Shown here: positions 11,441 to 26,112 of the stretch, in pieces
Layout: every line of letters begins with the position of its first letter
Numbering within the stretch: the stretch's first letter is position 1
Source of the DNA: Ophelia neglecta
Lineage: Eukaryota
Direction: 5' to 3'
Assembly: GCA_965285935.1 (NCBI GenBank)
Contig: OZ260662.1
Location: forward strand, 75,082,001 to 75,146,000
Length of the DNA stretch: 64,000 nucleotides
Notes under the pieces: generated by a model
Database searches by the model: none
The model's input: the letters and a program-made list of their open reading frames with translations, nothing else
What the model was told of the DNA's origin: nothing
Position numbers and translations under genes: made by a program

Positions 11441-14400
11441 CTGTTTGGATATACTAATGCATTGATCCATTAAAAAAGCTTATAACTAGACTAAGTATAG
11501 TCTGTATTCGTTCAAGATCTGGAATGAGGCAATTGGTTAAAAAAGGGCATTTCAAGGACGTTCTTTTTTCGTCTTCCCCATATTTCAATAAAAAAAATCG
11601 TTTAAACGTGACAGCGGTAAAAAAAAATCCCAATGACAATTACACAGTATAATTGGTAGGGCCAATTATCTTACGTCCATGGTCCTAAATTCTTTCTTCC
11701 CAAGCTCCTTAAAGTAATCCACATTATCAAATTGTTGGATTTGCTGTGATTTATGAGCACAATAGAACACCTGACACTGCAAAAAGCTTGGCACGACACA
11801 AGAAGAAAGGATTATTTTAAAAATAAAACAACAGAAAATTGGCTACATATGGGACTTAGTATAGCTATATATCCATTGATTTATTTTTGTCCTTTTTAAT
11901 GATAGAATGGGCTATGATTTTATCCATAAATATACATCGTCAAACTTATAAATGCAAAAATTGCATCAGTGCAATTTTTTTATTTTGAGATTATCGAGAA
12001 AGACGGATGATATAATTAAACTGATAAGATATATGCTCTCTTTTTATAAGCCAAGTGGTTTTTATTAGGCTTTTTCCTTGGATCATCCTGTTGAGATCAA
12101 AAGAATTATAATTACTATAAATATAAATATGGCCTATGTTACGAAATACCTTAAAAACTAACTAGCCTTCGTGCCAACATTAGAAAGAAAATTGGTTAAG
12201 TGACATGATTACCCCACAAGACTATTGGCCTCAGGTACATTAAATATTGAACAAATGGATTTAGTGACGCACACACACACATAATTGTCTAAAAAATAAT
12301 ATGAATATGGACTGAACGACAAGGTAGATAGACACTGTTTATAAGTCCATCGACCAATCTCTGCATTCAAACTAAACTATTACCTTATATTCACGTCTAT
12401 GGGAAGCTAGGTCTTGATCGGTTTGAATTTTTGGTATGGATAACTGCATTCCGACCATAATAGTTTTAGCCCATAATTGCATAGGTTCATCAGTATGTCT
12501 TTGTATACCTGCATTCCTAAATGTATGTAATATTATGTTGATTTACTTTGAATTCGAGTATTGTCGCAATTACTGTAGTTAGCCAGTCATAACTATCTAA
12601 CATGTCTTGAAATAAATGGAGAAATCACATTACTGTTTGCCTTAAACCATTAGCTTTCTGTGTAATAGTTGAAAACCTTTTTGGTTGACAGAGAAAGTTT
12701 GAGTCATTATTATAATAGGAATAATGTACTGACAGGAAAATTACTTACGTCTTGGTGGGGCCATGATCTTTCGTACTTCTGTTTTCTTACCAATGTCTTA
12801 CAAGTAAACCAAGGCCAGCAAAAAGTTGGATTTCTTGTAATCTTTTTGCACTCTACAGCATTTGAAACTAAAATAAGAAGGCCCATGACAAGTAATGGTG
12901 ATTTTCCGCAAAAGAAAATTTGGTTTAGGTGAGATTTCTTGTTATAAGTGTTTAATAGTTTTCCGATAACAAGATCTTGATTAAATGATCGATTTTGTCA
13001 AAGATATATAAGGCTGGAGCTGAATAATAGTCTTTGATGATTTGATTTTTTTCATATACAATAAGTGACATTTGATAATACTGATAGTTGCGTGTGGGAT
13101 CAAGTAAATTCTATGTTTTAATGGGGCGCTGGTGGTACAGAGAAGAATATCTAGGGATGTTGTGCAGCTGTCTTTGTAGTCCACCTAGATGCAAAGAAAA
13201 CAAACATCTACAAATTATTTATTATAGTATATGCCATTGAGCCAGGGCTAATCTAAGATGTTGGGTAAGGTTTTTTTTATAAATATGGCGGATGAACTGA
13301 AAAAAACTAGGCAGTCACAATTATGATAAAATAGGCAAATGTTCAGCAGAGGCATGTCAGTTAAGTATTGCTTAAGAAATGTTTTTTTTTATTTCGTCAT
13401 TCAGAAGTGCGTGAAATTTAAAAGACACTGAGCAAATAACCAAGGACAAAAAGGAAACGATTTTGAAATGCCCATTATCTCAAGTACATGCATACTGGCG
13501 GGTTTTTGTCACTTTGCACTTTGTGCAGCACACATACAGCTAAGCAAAAATGGCATTCAACAATTTAATAAAGCTGATACTTAAAAGAACTGACACTTAA
13601 ATAGGCTGAAAATATGAAAGCACTGGCTAGTAATCATTATTTCAAAGTACAAGGGTGTGTGGGAGATATACAAATTTGGCCCTTCCAAGCCGAACGCTTG
13701 GTTAGAGTCTTCTAATATGGTGTAAAAGGAATTTTTGCTGTATATGAGTCTCCTGTTTGCCTCCGAAAGTCTGTGAACACATGGGAAATGACTCCGGATC
13801 TAGTAAGCAACATTTTCTACTATCAAGCGGTGCAGTGCTGACAGATAAAAAGGCCTACCCGGAAGTTAGAAAAATCATAGTTGCATACTACTAGTTGATA
13901 TAACTTGGCTACTGGGTATCTGAGCCCTGGCGATTTTGATGATGTAGACACTACAAGAACATCTGTACTTTCTTGTAGACCAAACCTTTGTTTTCTTCAT
14001 ATTATTGATTGAACCGAAGTTTTGTTCAATTTTTTTCTTCAAAAATGCCTCACCCGTACGAATCAAAAGCTACACTCAAGTGATTTTTCGTGTCAAGTCT
14101 GAGATCGCAGCTAGCCATGTGGTAACAGTGGCGCCATGCAAATACAAAACAAAACGATTGAACCTTTTTTTGGAAAGAAATCCAAAAAAGCCACCTAAAC
14201 TGCATGAAAGACTGGAGTGGATACCTAGCAGACAACATCAAATCATTAATCGAAAATAATCTATAAAATCAGTCCGAAATTATCAGGAGCAAGCAGCCAC
14301 AGCCTCACACACATCAGTCCATCATTACCCATCTCCCAAACATTAAATATAAACTTGTTATGCAAATATTATTAAATGAAATCACAAATTTGATATTACT

Positions 14401-17400
14401 TGCTGTGATGAGTAGTCCCCTGTTTTGCCATGATTTGTGTCAGAGGACAAAACAAACGAGACAGTGGTCGACGTACGTCATGAGATGAAATAAGCCTTGA
14501 GCGTCTATGATGGTCTACGTTCTCCCAAAATATTGAGAATAATGATGATATTGGCTCACTTGACACAACGCGGGAATAATACCGTACCCTTGTATTCTTT
14601 AGTGAAATAGTTTGAGAGATTTAGTAGTTGTTAGTTGATGCAAATAAGCTATTCTAGGAATAATATGATAGTATATGAGTTCTTGTAAAACGGGACAGTA
14701 GCATATGCCTGTAGAAATAATCTTATTGAGATATTTGAAGTCTGCCGGCCTAGAAATTGTAGTATATTATTTCAGAGGCAGTGGCGTGCGATAGTTTCTG
14801 CATGCGTACATTACAAAAGAACGCATTTCCTTTTTGGCTAATCGTGTATGGGGTTAAGTTCTCAAAAAAGCCCTCTTAGCTGCCAAGCCTAACGTATAAT
14901 TTTATACGAAGGGGAGCACTCGAGCTAAAACGTCTTAATTGGCTGCTCGGCGTCAGATTGCCTTCATTTATTGTGCAGAACACGAGCACTAGCTTTCGAC
15001 TGACTGGTCCGCCAAAGGCAGGTTGCGGCATTCAAGTGAAGTCTCGTGATGAACAAGTCATGCTCACTCGGAACAATGCTAGTTAGCCAGGATAGACGAG
15101 ACATTTTATATCAAGCTTCCGGTCTAAAAGGTAACAGTAAATGTCAATTAGTCTGGTTAACAGGTACTTAATAATCCTGAACACCAACTATAATTAGTTT
15201 TTCCTCTGTCGTGAATAGTCAATTATATAAAAGCTTCCTATAGCTACGACCTAATATAAAGGATTTATGAAACCAATACAAAATTAACCTTTCATTGAGA
15301 CGTTCTAGATTTGTTTGTGACTACTGGTGATGGTACATTACAAGGACTTGTAACTGGAGTATCTTTTCCGATGACCTGAAAAATTAACCTGTACCAAAAA
15401 ACTATATTGGAGGTCTATGATTTAATCATACATTTCCAATACAGTTATTAATATTTAGTGACATCGTATTCCGGACACACACCTGTATGATGTAGGCAGT
15501 ATTCGTTTTCGCTCATAGGCTGTATAAATTCATTTCTATTTACCGTTCATGCATTGTTATCATTTGAGTACGTATATAGGCCTATACATGTTTGTGTGCG
15601 TGTGTGCAATGATTGCACTACATATTTAATTAGATTCATCTTATTATTATAAGGAAAGGGAAGGCTGAAACTCTGTTTGGGAAAAAACAATTTTAAGATA
15701 CTTTCACGGTCTGGATAGGGCGTTCACAAAAAAAACACATTATAATTATTTATAAACATTGTTCAACATGCAATATGAAATAGGCCCACTAGCGATCTTC
15801 CTATACTGAATACCGGGTGATGAGGGGTCAAAGCCCCACCCCAGGGTGAGGCGCCAAAACCCCATCCCAGAACAATAACTAAAGGGTGGGCAACATTTCT
15901 CTGTGATGCTCTAATCGGCTGCTGCATAGGACGCTTACCCCAAGGTTGTCCGGCCACCATGCGAAGATTTACACATTAAGGTTGTGTACCTCGATGTCAG
16001 ATGCTGCAAAATAATGGGAGTATGATATCTTTTCTTCAAACTATTACTTTGTCAGTTAGATAAGATATGAATGGGATATATTTACTCACATAAAACAACT
16101 CTGTAAAACCTGCTTTGCCGTACGTTTACATTTATTTCATCGTGTACAATGAAGCTATAAATGCTGTTCAAGGTTTCACAGTCAGACATTTGTTAGGTTT
16201 TATGTTTTAAACACTTGGGCAATCCGGGATACTTCATAGGATTATACGATTTGTTTCCTCGTGCTACTTCATGCACTAAACTTCTTTCCCTTCCAATGCT
16301 ATCATGCTTATGAATATGGTTGATTCATGCAGCTCCTTTCGTTCATATTTTGAAGAAAGTTTTTGTAGAGGCGGGGTCAAAATATGAAAGCACGGGGCGT
16401 CTATGGTCCTTAGTGGTATTGCCGCCATAGGAAGCTACTAGTAGCATGTATCCTGCAGTATCTGATGTCTAAGAGCGGACAAGAAGCCCATACTTCTCAC
16501 GGATCAATATTTACCTGGTAGAAATTCATGGTGACACATGCATGGAACGTTCTCCCATATTAAAAAAACCTAGTACCATGACAATCTGTGCTTTAACCAT
16601 TTTTATTCTTTCTGACTACGTTTCGTATACGTTCATGAGCCAAAAAATTCATGTCTTAGCTCTTTGTCGCAATAGTCATGGCTATTTAACTACTAGCTAC
16701 TTATATAAAGCCGTGCCTCTTCTCTTACTAACAGCCAAAGGCATGTCTCTTGGCTAGACAGGCTCATAAGCATTTACCATGGTCCTGGCTGCATGTCTAG
16801 TAAAGGACTACGTCTCAGCCTCATTACGAAGACTGTGAACGCCTTTTCTGTATGTCCAGGTATTTTAACATAAGTTCACGCCAATATCGAATAGATAGCA
16901 ATACCAATGTTACGAAGCCCTATACTCTGAAAGTGTCAACTCATGTTTAATCGGATGTGTTTTACAAGATGTGTCGCCATGGACCACTCGGATTATGCAG
17001 GTTCTGGGTATAGCAGAAAACAAGTGTATATTAAACCTTGCTTGTGGTGCCGCACAAATAGGAAAGTGTTCTTGCGCGGCGTTGGTATTGAAGAAATGCT
17101 GTAAACTGGCTCTACGAGCTGTCTTCTTATAGAATGATATATTGCTATTGCTCTCGTGTCTCAATGTCTGCGGTTATTGACTGCATACGGACTCGTGAGC
17201 CTGACAGTTTCCCTCGGTCTGGCACACTCTCTAGGGCACACTATCTAGGGTTCCTGGTCCAAAAGACAACACATCCTTATAACCAATCTATTATTAACAA
17301 CTCATATCATCCCCTTCTTACGTCATAAAGTTGATGTATTAGGTCGATAAATATAGTCTACAATTAGTGTGTCAATTCATATGCAGTGTTTCGTCGGGTT

Positions 17401-17608
17401 TTAGTAAGGCGCGTTAAATTTACATATAATGACTGTCGCACAACGAATTCGTAGAAATGCCAGCTGTGTTCAAATGTGTATAGCTGAGATAGAACCGGTA
17501 ATTTTCTGCAAATCTATATCTATATATTGATGTTTTTTGGCCCATAAGCGTGGTGCCTTAATTATATCCGCGAAATGCGGATATTATGTTTTCAGTAGCG
17601 CCGCCGCC

Positions 17609-17639
<31 letters not shown>

Positions 17640-18024
17640 ATTTTAGTCGTTAACGCGATAACTCAAAAACCATTACGTACATCTTTTTCAAATTCAACAC
17701 AGCCATAGACCTTATTGAGAGGAGGAACTGATTAGATTCTGGTGAAAATCCAATAATTATTAATTAGTTAAAACAATTAATTAATTACGTCAGAAACACA
17801 TTTTCTGCAATAACACAAAAAATATTTGATACATCTTTTTCTAATTTGACACAGCCATAGACCTTATTGAGAGGAAGACCTGTATTTATTCTGGTGAATT
17901 TCTAATAATTATTAATTAGTTAAAATAATTAATTAATTATGTCAAAAACACATTTTCTATCAAATATTCCAAACTATAGATGATATTGGCTTGAAGTTTT
18001 GTGTCATGATTCATGTAATTACTA

Positions 18025-19741
18025 CAGTGAAACCTGTGAATTAAGACCAGTGCTCTATTTGGCCGGTCGCCTGGTCGCCTCAGGCGACATGATACCAGCT
18101 GAGGCGACCTGTTTCTCCCTGATAAGTCGCCTCATTTACTGCTGCCAGGCGACCAGGCATCTAGGCAAGCATTAAGATTATCAAGCCAAATTCAGTGCGG
18201 CCCATTGGTCCTAATAAAAACATTTATTGTTATCTATCTTGAGTAGTCCTTGCGACCTTATTTTTCACTTCCTGTAAGGAAAAACACTGACCGTTAGCAG
18301 TGCTATAGTCGACTAGCGATGAAACTGGTCCATTGCCGTAATGCGCAACTGCTCATGTACTAGCGCACGTTGTGTTATCTCAACGAAGACCCAATAGCGC
18401 ATGGGTTTAGATTACACATTTGGTGTATCAAAACTCGGCTCAGGCATCGAGCATGTCGGATGGGCAAGAACATGAAGAATCTGACGTGTGTGAGGTTATT
18501 GAGTCTACTAGTTCGCGGGCCTCTGAATCAGGATGGAATTTCCTCTTGGGTTCAGGCGCAAAAAGGAAATCACCAGCCGAGACATGGTGGTGGAATTAGA
18601 ACTACAGCATAGACTCAAATTAACCAAACTTCGATTAACCAAATTTTCGGATTAACCGAACCTAATCCACGTCCCCCGAAGATAGCATATAAAATCTATA
18701 AAAAAATGATTCAATCTTATTTCTTGGGAAACAACAGGTTTAAGTCAGGAGTATGTCACAGGTATTCGTACGGTGTTAACTGATTGCAGTTCGCTTGGGC
18801 GCCGCATTCGCACTTCCCGACAGCCTGGCATACTGCGATGTAATCAAAGGCCGTCTACATATGTGTCCAAGAACCGGCCCTTCTTTGTTTGATGCTGATA
18901 ATCTTATATCTAAGGCCTCCGTGGACGAAAAAACTCACCTAAATCAGTGAATAAAATAAAATGACAGTAAGAAGTGTCAGAAAGAACTCGCGATAAGCCA
19001 CGCTATGCAGCCTCGTTTTCAAGCTTTCGGAACCGCCATGTTGGGAAGTATTTTCACGGATCGCATGGGCAAATCTCGAGCAACATTGTCACTTGTCCCG
19101 AATAACAGTTGTAAAGAGAACGAACTTTTATTGGCACAATAATCCTCGGCAAGTATTTGTATGAAGTAAATCTGTAGAGACATTCACTGCTACTACTACG
19201 AATGCATTTCCAAAGCCTTGTCAGACGGGTACTGAAAAAATGTACACGACCTATCTCCGAAGCGAGCTTATCTTGCAACTTGTATTTTTGTATGTTTGTG
19301 CCGATTAATAAACATTTAATTTTACTTTATTTGTCTTCTTTTCTGATAAATTTCCAGTAATCCATAACCATATAAAATCGTACTGAACTCCGCTGAACGG
19401 AACGGGGGGGGGGGGGAAGTTTGATCAACCGAACCCCCTGTTAAAAATTAGTGTTTTGTAATAAAATGCCTCCATTATTTATGGGCGACCAAATCTCTCC
19501 TTGGGCCACTAAATTTTTTGGGTTGGTGGCCCAAATGATACTGCTTGGGCCACTAGCTGTTTTGATGAGTGTAGAGCAATGAAGGCCATCGAAGGGACTG
19601 GGAAATACTGGTCTGATTTCGGAGGTGGTCTGTTTAGACAGGTTATTTAACATTGAAAGTATACATCATAGTCTTTATATAAGTGGTTTGAATAGGCAGG
19701 TGGTCTGATTATAGAGGTGGCCTTTAAGGCAGGTTTCACTG
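18025..19741. mobile_element. Tc1/mariner-type MITE inserted into HINE copy 2, itself interrupted
   Basis: TIR cagtgaaacctg / caggtttcactg and TA TSD at 18023-24 and 19742-43. The empty site actatatacaa is present in HINE copy 1 at 2841-2851. Confidence 0.88.
18048..19578. mobile_element. hAT-like non-autonomous element nested in the Tc1/mariner MITE
   Basis: Left end cagtgctcta, eroded right end tagagca. Repeated ggtcgcc/ggcgacc subterminal motifs at both ends. Degenerate 8-bp TSD attaagac / atgaaggc. The stretch is absent from the intact MITE relative at 43676-43852. Confidence 0.6.
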
Positions 19742-22700
19742 TATATACAATCTGTGTAATAAATTAACTAGTTAACTTTATTAATGACCTGAAAAAAAAT
19801 TAGTTACGGTGGTTTTGCATTATTCCTGAGGTCATATGGAACCAACTTTATTAATGACCTGCCTTATTATTGAGGTTATATAGGAGCTACTACAAACTGT
19901 GTAACAAGTTAACTAGTACAGTGTAATAAGTTATCTAGTTAACTTTATCAATAGCCTGAAAAAAATTAGTTAAGGCAGTTTTTCATTATTATTGAGGTCA
20001 TATGGAACCTACTACAATGTGTGTAATAAGTTAACTAGTTAACTTTATTAATGACCTGAATTTTTTTTAGTTAAGGTCGTTTTGCATTATTATTGAGATC
20101 TTATGGAACCTACAAATAAGTTCACTTTATTAATGACCTGAAAAAAATTAGTTAGGGTCGTTTTGCATTATTATTGAGGTCATATGACACCAACTTTAAG
20201 AATGACCTGCATTATTATTGAGGTCAAATAGAACCTACTACAATCTGTGAAATAAGTTAACTAGTACTGGGTAATAAGTTAACTAGTTTAACTTTATTAT
20301 TGACCTGAACAAAATTTAGTTAAGGTCGTTATCTTTTGTGCCAACTAAAAGCTACCATATTCACTACCTCCCCTTATGCCATTTTTCCCATTCGATTATT
20401 GCACCCATTCGCGGATATACCCCTTGCTGTCGCCCCCCCGACAGCGTTGGCCTAGATTTTGCAATAATATAGCCAGCTGTTGATTGGCTTGTAGACTTAT
20501 TGTTCTTGCTGTTACATTGCATGTGCCACTGTTGTAATGATTAGCATATAATGATGATTTGTAGTAAATAAGCTAGTCAGATTAAATTAATCTGAATTTA
20601 CTGATAGGAAACATATCCCATTTAGGGATCTTTCCTCTTTGCTCAATGTGATATATACTTTACTATAACAATTTAACTGTATATTTATCTCATATGGAAC
20701 AATAAATAATTTGACTTGAATCTACATACGCGTTACCGTCACAATTCTTGGTGTTCCCGTCATGCCCAGCAGAGAGAAATTCCGCTTTTCCTTCATATTT
20801 TGTTTTTCTTTAACCCACGGCGGCGCTGTAAATGCTGTTGGAAACAAGATTAGGCCTAGCCTGGCCACGCTCTGCTGAAAATTACCTGTTTCATACTAGC
20901 TGGCATTTCTGAGTAAACTTTGTCCCACATAAATATAATGTGCGTCACCTCAAGCCGATAAAGTAGTATAAAGTGCTCTTGTCCACAATTAGATGAAGAT
21001 GATAAATTGATATAATGAATTAAAACGCAACTCTGGTAGTTATTAACCTGTTCAATATATCTCCTTTGAGCTGCTGAGGCGTGTTCTGACTACTTCATTC
21101 GATAAGCCCGATGTCAATAAAAAACCCATCAATTAAATTGTAGATTTGTCCAAGGACGTGATCCTTCTCTACGTGTAACACTGGGGCTTACCTTACTAAA
21201 TAATGTATACAGTGACCCTGCCAGAAATGGAAGGCAGCAGTTGTTACCAGATTATAATTCCTCTCAGCTTGGTACGGTCTTCCATGCAGTAAAGGTTATC
21301 GATTTATTCCAATATTTAGTATTCTCGACATTATCTGTTGCTCGTCTATAATTTTTGTTGTCTGGGGCAGCGTTTCAGGGGAGGTCCGAGTATCGTGCTG
21401 GGGATAGGCATACCGGGTATAAATTCGTCCCGCGCCAGTAGCTGTAAGACCTGTGAGATTGATGGCCAATACTAGTACAAGACAGGATATCGACGGTTGA
21501 AGGACCATACTCGACGCCTGACCAGTCGGCCCAAGCCAGCCCGCCCGCCTCTACGAGCGCCTGTATATTATTTATATATATCTGAAAAAAAAGTTTTTTA
21601 TCAAGTGACTCGGAATTGACCCGAACTTAATTTTGGAAAATATAAAGCCTACTTTGAGCCAGCCATAAGCATTGGCGTGTTTGGCGAAAGCAACTAGGCC
21701 CAAAACTGACAAATCGATGGCTTTCAGGCCGGTTTTCAACAGGAGACTCGAATGGTTATGCAAATTTAAGACTTGTCTGCTTCCCCATCTTAGGGAATTC
21801 ATAGCCTGTCATAGTTACCGGTGTAATGTTCGTCCAGACAGGACCTTCGCCTGAAATTTCCTGATTGGATTTCTGTCGGTCCCAAATCGTATAGAATAGC
21901 AAGGAACTTTAGTCAACAGTAGCCAGTAGTGCAGACAACCCCGCACCATACCTGCTTGCATATAGGATAGCTTGTGTCTTCGCACAATAGCGTCGTTAAG
22001 TCGACATTAGGTGTAATCTTACCGAGGATACTTTGTTAAAGTCTTAAACACTAGCTTGGATGTCACTAACAGTCTGTTTTAAAGTCGTGTGTACACTAAA
22101 TGTGTTCGTATCCATGCCATGCCACGGAGAGATCGGCGGAATGTGCCGAGAAGAAATGCCCTGTACCCGACAGTATTAGATATAAGCTGGGTACCTGCCT
22201 TCATCGGACTGCGGGATATCGATAAGTCTAAGCTTAAGGTACGAGTAAATTTAAAACATCTGTCTTGAAAAACCAATTTCGCAAATTGATATCGGTTCAT
22301 GCCTAGTATATGAGCATAAATTCAATATTCAGGTTTAGTCATTTGTTCGCATTGAGTTACCTAGTTGAAGATCTTCAAGATTTAAAAGAGACGTTAAACC
22401 TTGGCCTCCCTCAAAACAATATATTATGATATGTAGGAGTGATGGAGCAGTCGTTCGCAATATATCTATTACTAAAGGGTCTTTAGTGGTGTGTGTGTGT
22501 GGGCGGCCGGGGTTTCTCATATGTTCTCATATGTAGGCTAAGTCGCCAAAAAAGTTTTATCATAAATTTTGAATTGCATGAAATATGTAATGCGTCTTGA
22601 AAACAATGTATGCTTGGCAAATTGTGCCAAATGGGAACAGTTTTACCCGTCCTTCATGTGGTAGTTATTTCATTTTGGGAGCTATCTGTATGGGAAGCCT

Positions 22701-23846
22701 TCATTTATAATCAAGCGTCAGTATCATTTAACTGCAGTACCATCTTTGAAGTAGGAAATCATGGAAGGCAAGGATATAATATGTACATTGAACCAATGTG
22801 AATACAAACAATATAATTTTCTGCTACCTTGTTCGATGCGCAATAAAATCGACGATAAAACAATGAAGATGACAGGAAACATGCTACACAGATAGGAGTT
22901 CCAAAGGGATGGTCGATTCTGGTCTGTATTTACACGTGAATGCAGCACAGACTATGGTAAACATCGTGGTGCGATACTTGTCCCCGTCTTACAAGGTTTT
23001 TTTTTTATCGAAGTAGATTTAAGATAGGTGACTGTTGAAAAGAAAATATAGATTGCCCGGCAGCTTATTTTCATATGAACTACTCATTTCCCGGGTGAAA
23101 GAAACATTTCAGCTTACCATGTCCTCAATGCAATCGGTGTGGTTTTGAAGTCATAATTGTATAGGTTATGATGACGTTTGTATATTTTTTTATTCCTTTA
23201 ATTTTACAGTTCAATTAAATCAAATGGACAAATCCCGGATTTTAACATTGTCAATTATATTAATGAGATATTTTTCAAACAATTGTGGCTTTTGAACTTA
23301 TGGTGCCGTTGGCCCATCCATATTACCAAACATGTGTACTGGTACACCGATTTTATTATTATTGAAATATTGCTAAAGGAACCTCGCTAATAAACGGGCA
23401 CCTCTTGTTAAGTTTCCTTTTTATAATAAAACCAAAGCGATAGTTTGGCGGCATGTTCACAAAGAAACATTTTCTTTTCCGCTCTTCAATATTATGAGCA
23501 AATATGAACATTGTAACTGATTGCTATTTGTAAAGTTTGAGGGTCTTTTAAATATGTATATATATATATAATGTGAGAATGACATAAAACGAACCAGACT
23601 TTGTTAACCTATAGCATAGTTGGAGTAAAATGAAATAAATAAATGTGTCACAGAAGCGACCTCGCCCTGTTCTGGGCCTGGAAGGGGTATAGGAGGTGGC
23701 GATGGGGGAGAGGGCGGGGTCGCTCCTCTTGGTTATCTGCCGGATACCGTTAAACAACACCGTTATATCACTGTCAAAACTGCAATAGGTCCAACAGTAT
23801 GACTCGAACTACGTTATTATAAAACTCGACGGTGCGAGAAAATTTG

Positions 23847-24038
23847 GATGGGATGGAGGGGGTTGGTGGGTGAGACGTGGGGGTGGGTGGGTGGTCGGGG
23901 AGTTGTTGGGTTTGGAGAGGATGGTTGGGGGGGGGGGGGGGGGCAGGGGTGGTTGGTGGATTGGGTGGGTTTTTGGTGGGTGGGAAGGGGAGGGGTGGGT
24001 GGAGAGGAGGTTGGGTTTTGGTAGGTTTGGGGAGGGGG
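23847..24038 (+). repeat. G-rich low-complexity tract with G-quadruplex potential
   Basis: About 190 nt of GG/GGG runs separated by T/A, almost no C, including a pure G run near 23927-23943. Confidence 0.8.
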
Positions 24039-25934
24039 TAATTGTAGCTATCAGTTGGACAAATAAATGGGTTTCAGATAAAGTTTTCGTGTATATTTCA
24101 TGTGTTTGACAGTTGACTCTGTTTGATAGTTGTGTTATAGCTCCGGTGCGGTTAGTTGGTCATTCCTATGCTGGCAATGGTTCATACTTGACCTAGATTT
24201 TAGGCACCCTTACCACGCGGCCGTCACCTGTCGACAGTGATCAATTACAGACAAATCCCCTCTGTCTCCTTCTTTTGAGCTGGGAGGCCAGTTGGCGATT
24301 CCTCGCCCTCGCAGGCCTCCTGTCTGGCAGGCGGTTGTGAGCATTTGGCCGAGCAATCATGACTAACTCCAACACGGGAGTACCCCGCTGCATCGATGAC
24401 CGACTCTGATACTTTTGATTAATCGGCCCGTTTCTTGTACTTGAGCCGCCTGCCTGAATTGATAAAGCGGTTTAATCAACAATCTGAATTAGTTTTTTTG
24501 AAAAAGACAGACGTCTATGAGAAAGAAATCTTAGCTGGATATTGTGCTTTTCTCTACTTCTTTACCCGACCGTAATATCTATATTGTTTCATGCAGCGTT
24601 TAAACAATGCAAACATTTTTTTTTCTGAAACGTCGGGGTGGTTTTGCACAGGGTTGAACGTGCTTTAGCCGTTGTAAACTGGCTGTCTACCAAATGATGG
24701 TACAGTCTGTGCTGAGAACGCTATTGGCCAATCAATCACTCAAAAAATATCTCGCTGGGCGAAATCTTGGCGTTAAACTCTCAGTCTACACGTGTAGTAA
24801 CGTTCCTCGGTCTGATTTAAAATCATAATAAACAAAGAATCTCACTGAACTAGTTCTAACAAGTCGGCAACAGTAAAATCATCTTAATTTATGTAGGGAA
24901 TGCCTTTTTGTCCAAATTTTATCTTGCTTAGTAAACAATAGGCATAGTACTTGCTTTACAGATATTAACATGTGTCACCCCGAAAAATGAATTAACATAT
25001 GGTGAATCTGTCGGCTTTGAATAAATACATGCATGTTGCTTTTTTAAATTTATCATTGAAACTTCAACATACATATAAACCTTTTTTGCGTAGGCAATGG
25101 CCGCTGAAAATGAGAACTCTTGTAGAAATAATCAGCCAAACGAAAATTACTATTGGCCAGCTTTCAATAAGCCAGGGTGTGGTCATTTACAAAATGGCGG
25201 ATTGTGTCACTCATTTCTTACTTATTGTAGCTTTTAGGCCTACTATAGGTTGAACGATTTAGTTTGCTTTATTCGCGAAGATGTATGTGCCCAACAGTGG
25301 AATTTATGCAGACCTACCAAAGCCTGCAGGCCAGCTTTTCGATTTCAAATGGCTAGCATATTAAAGAAGACGAGCTGTGCTACAAATATTTTAAGGAACT
25401 GGGGCTATGTGTATGAAAATTAACCTTAAGTTAAAAAAAAAGAGTAGTGTCTGAAATTACATTTTGGTAACTTCACAGTCATTATATGTAAATTGGGCTT
25501 TTTACCCTAAATAATATTGTTTACATCCTTTATTACTGTGGTTGGCAGAAATATTTAAAACGATAATTCTAAAATGGTACTTTTTCTCGTAGAAGTTACT
25601 TGTTGGTTTGTCTGTGAGGACTGTGCATGGCAACCATCGATCAGAAATGGAAACATTATTAATGTCTTCCAAATTAACTCTATTTTTATCAGCATCTAGA
25701 GAACACCACAACAAGAGTAGGCCTATAAGTTACAAATCAATAGCGCATCGAGTGGTTTAATTACGTTTCTGTACACATGTTATAAAAAGTAAATACTATT
25801 GTGTAACATATTTCTTTGTTTGCACGTATTGGATAGTATAATTAAAATGATAGTTGAAAAACAGATAATGATATTAAGCTTAGATAAAATAAACCATGTC
25901 GGATGCAACATGGCGTTCTTGCAAATATGGGACG

Positions 25935-26112
25935 GAGTGAAACCATTATAATCAGGTCAGTCAAGGGACTGGAATAATATGCCCACATTATCCAGGTGAC
26001 CATAATAGGGATGTCCTTTAATAAGTGCATAGATGGGAGGAGGCTGTTCTTCAGTGACTTGAGTGGAGAGGTGACCTCATTACCCAGGTGACCACACGCA
26101 CAGGATTCACTG
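25935..26112. mobile_element. Diverged Tc1/mariner-type MITE related to the 18025 family
   Basis: Begins gagtgaaacc..aagggactgg and ends caggattcactg|TA. Similar length, with repeated caggtgacc motifs. Confidence 0.55.

Larger units (their letters stand above)
17561..20455 (+). mobile_element. Non-autonomous Helentron (HINE/DINE-1-like), copy 2, interrupted by nested insertions
   Basis: 17561-18024 and 19744-20455 align collinearly with copy 1 (2370-3475), with the same termini and hairpins. Confidence 0.85.
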
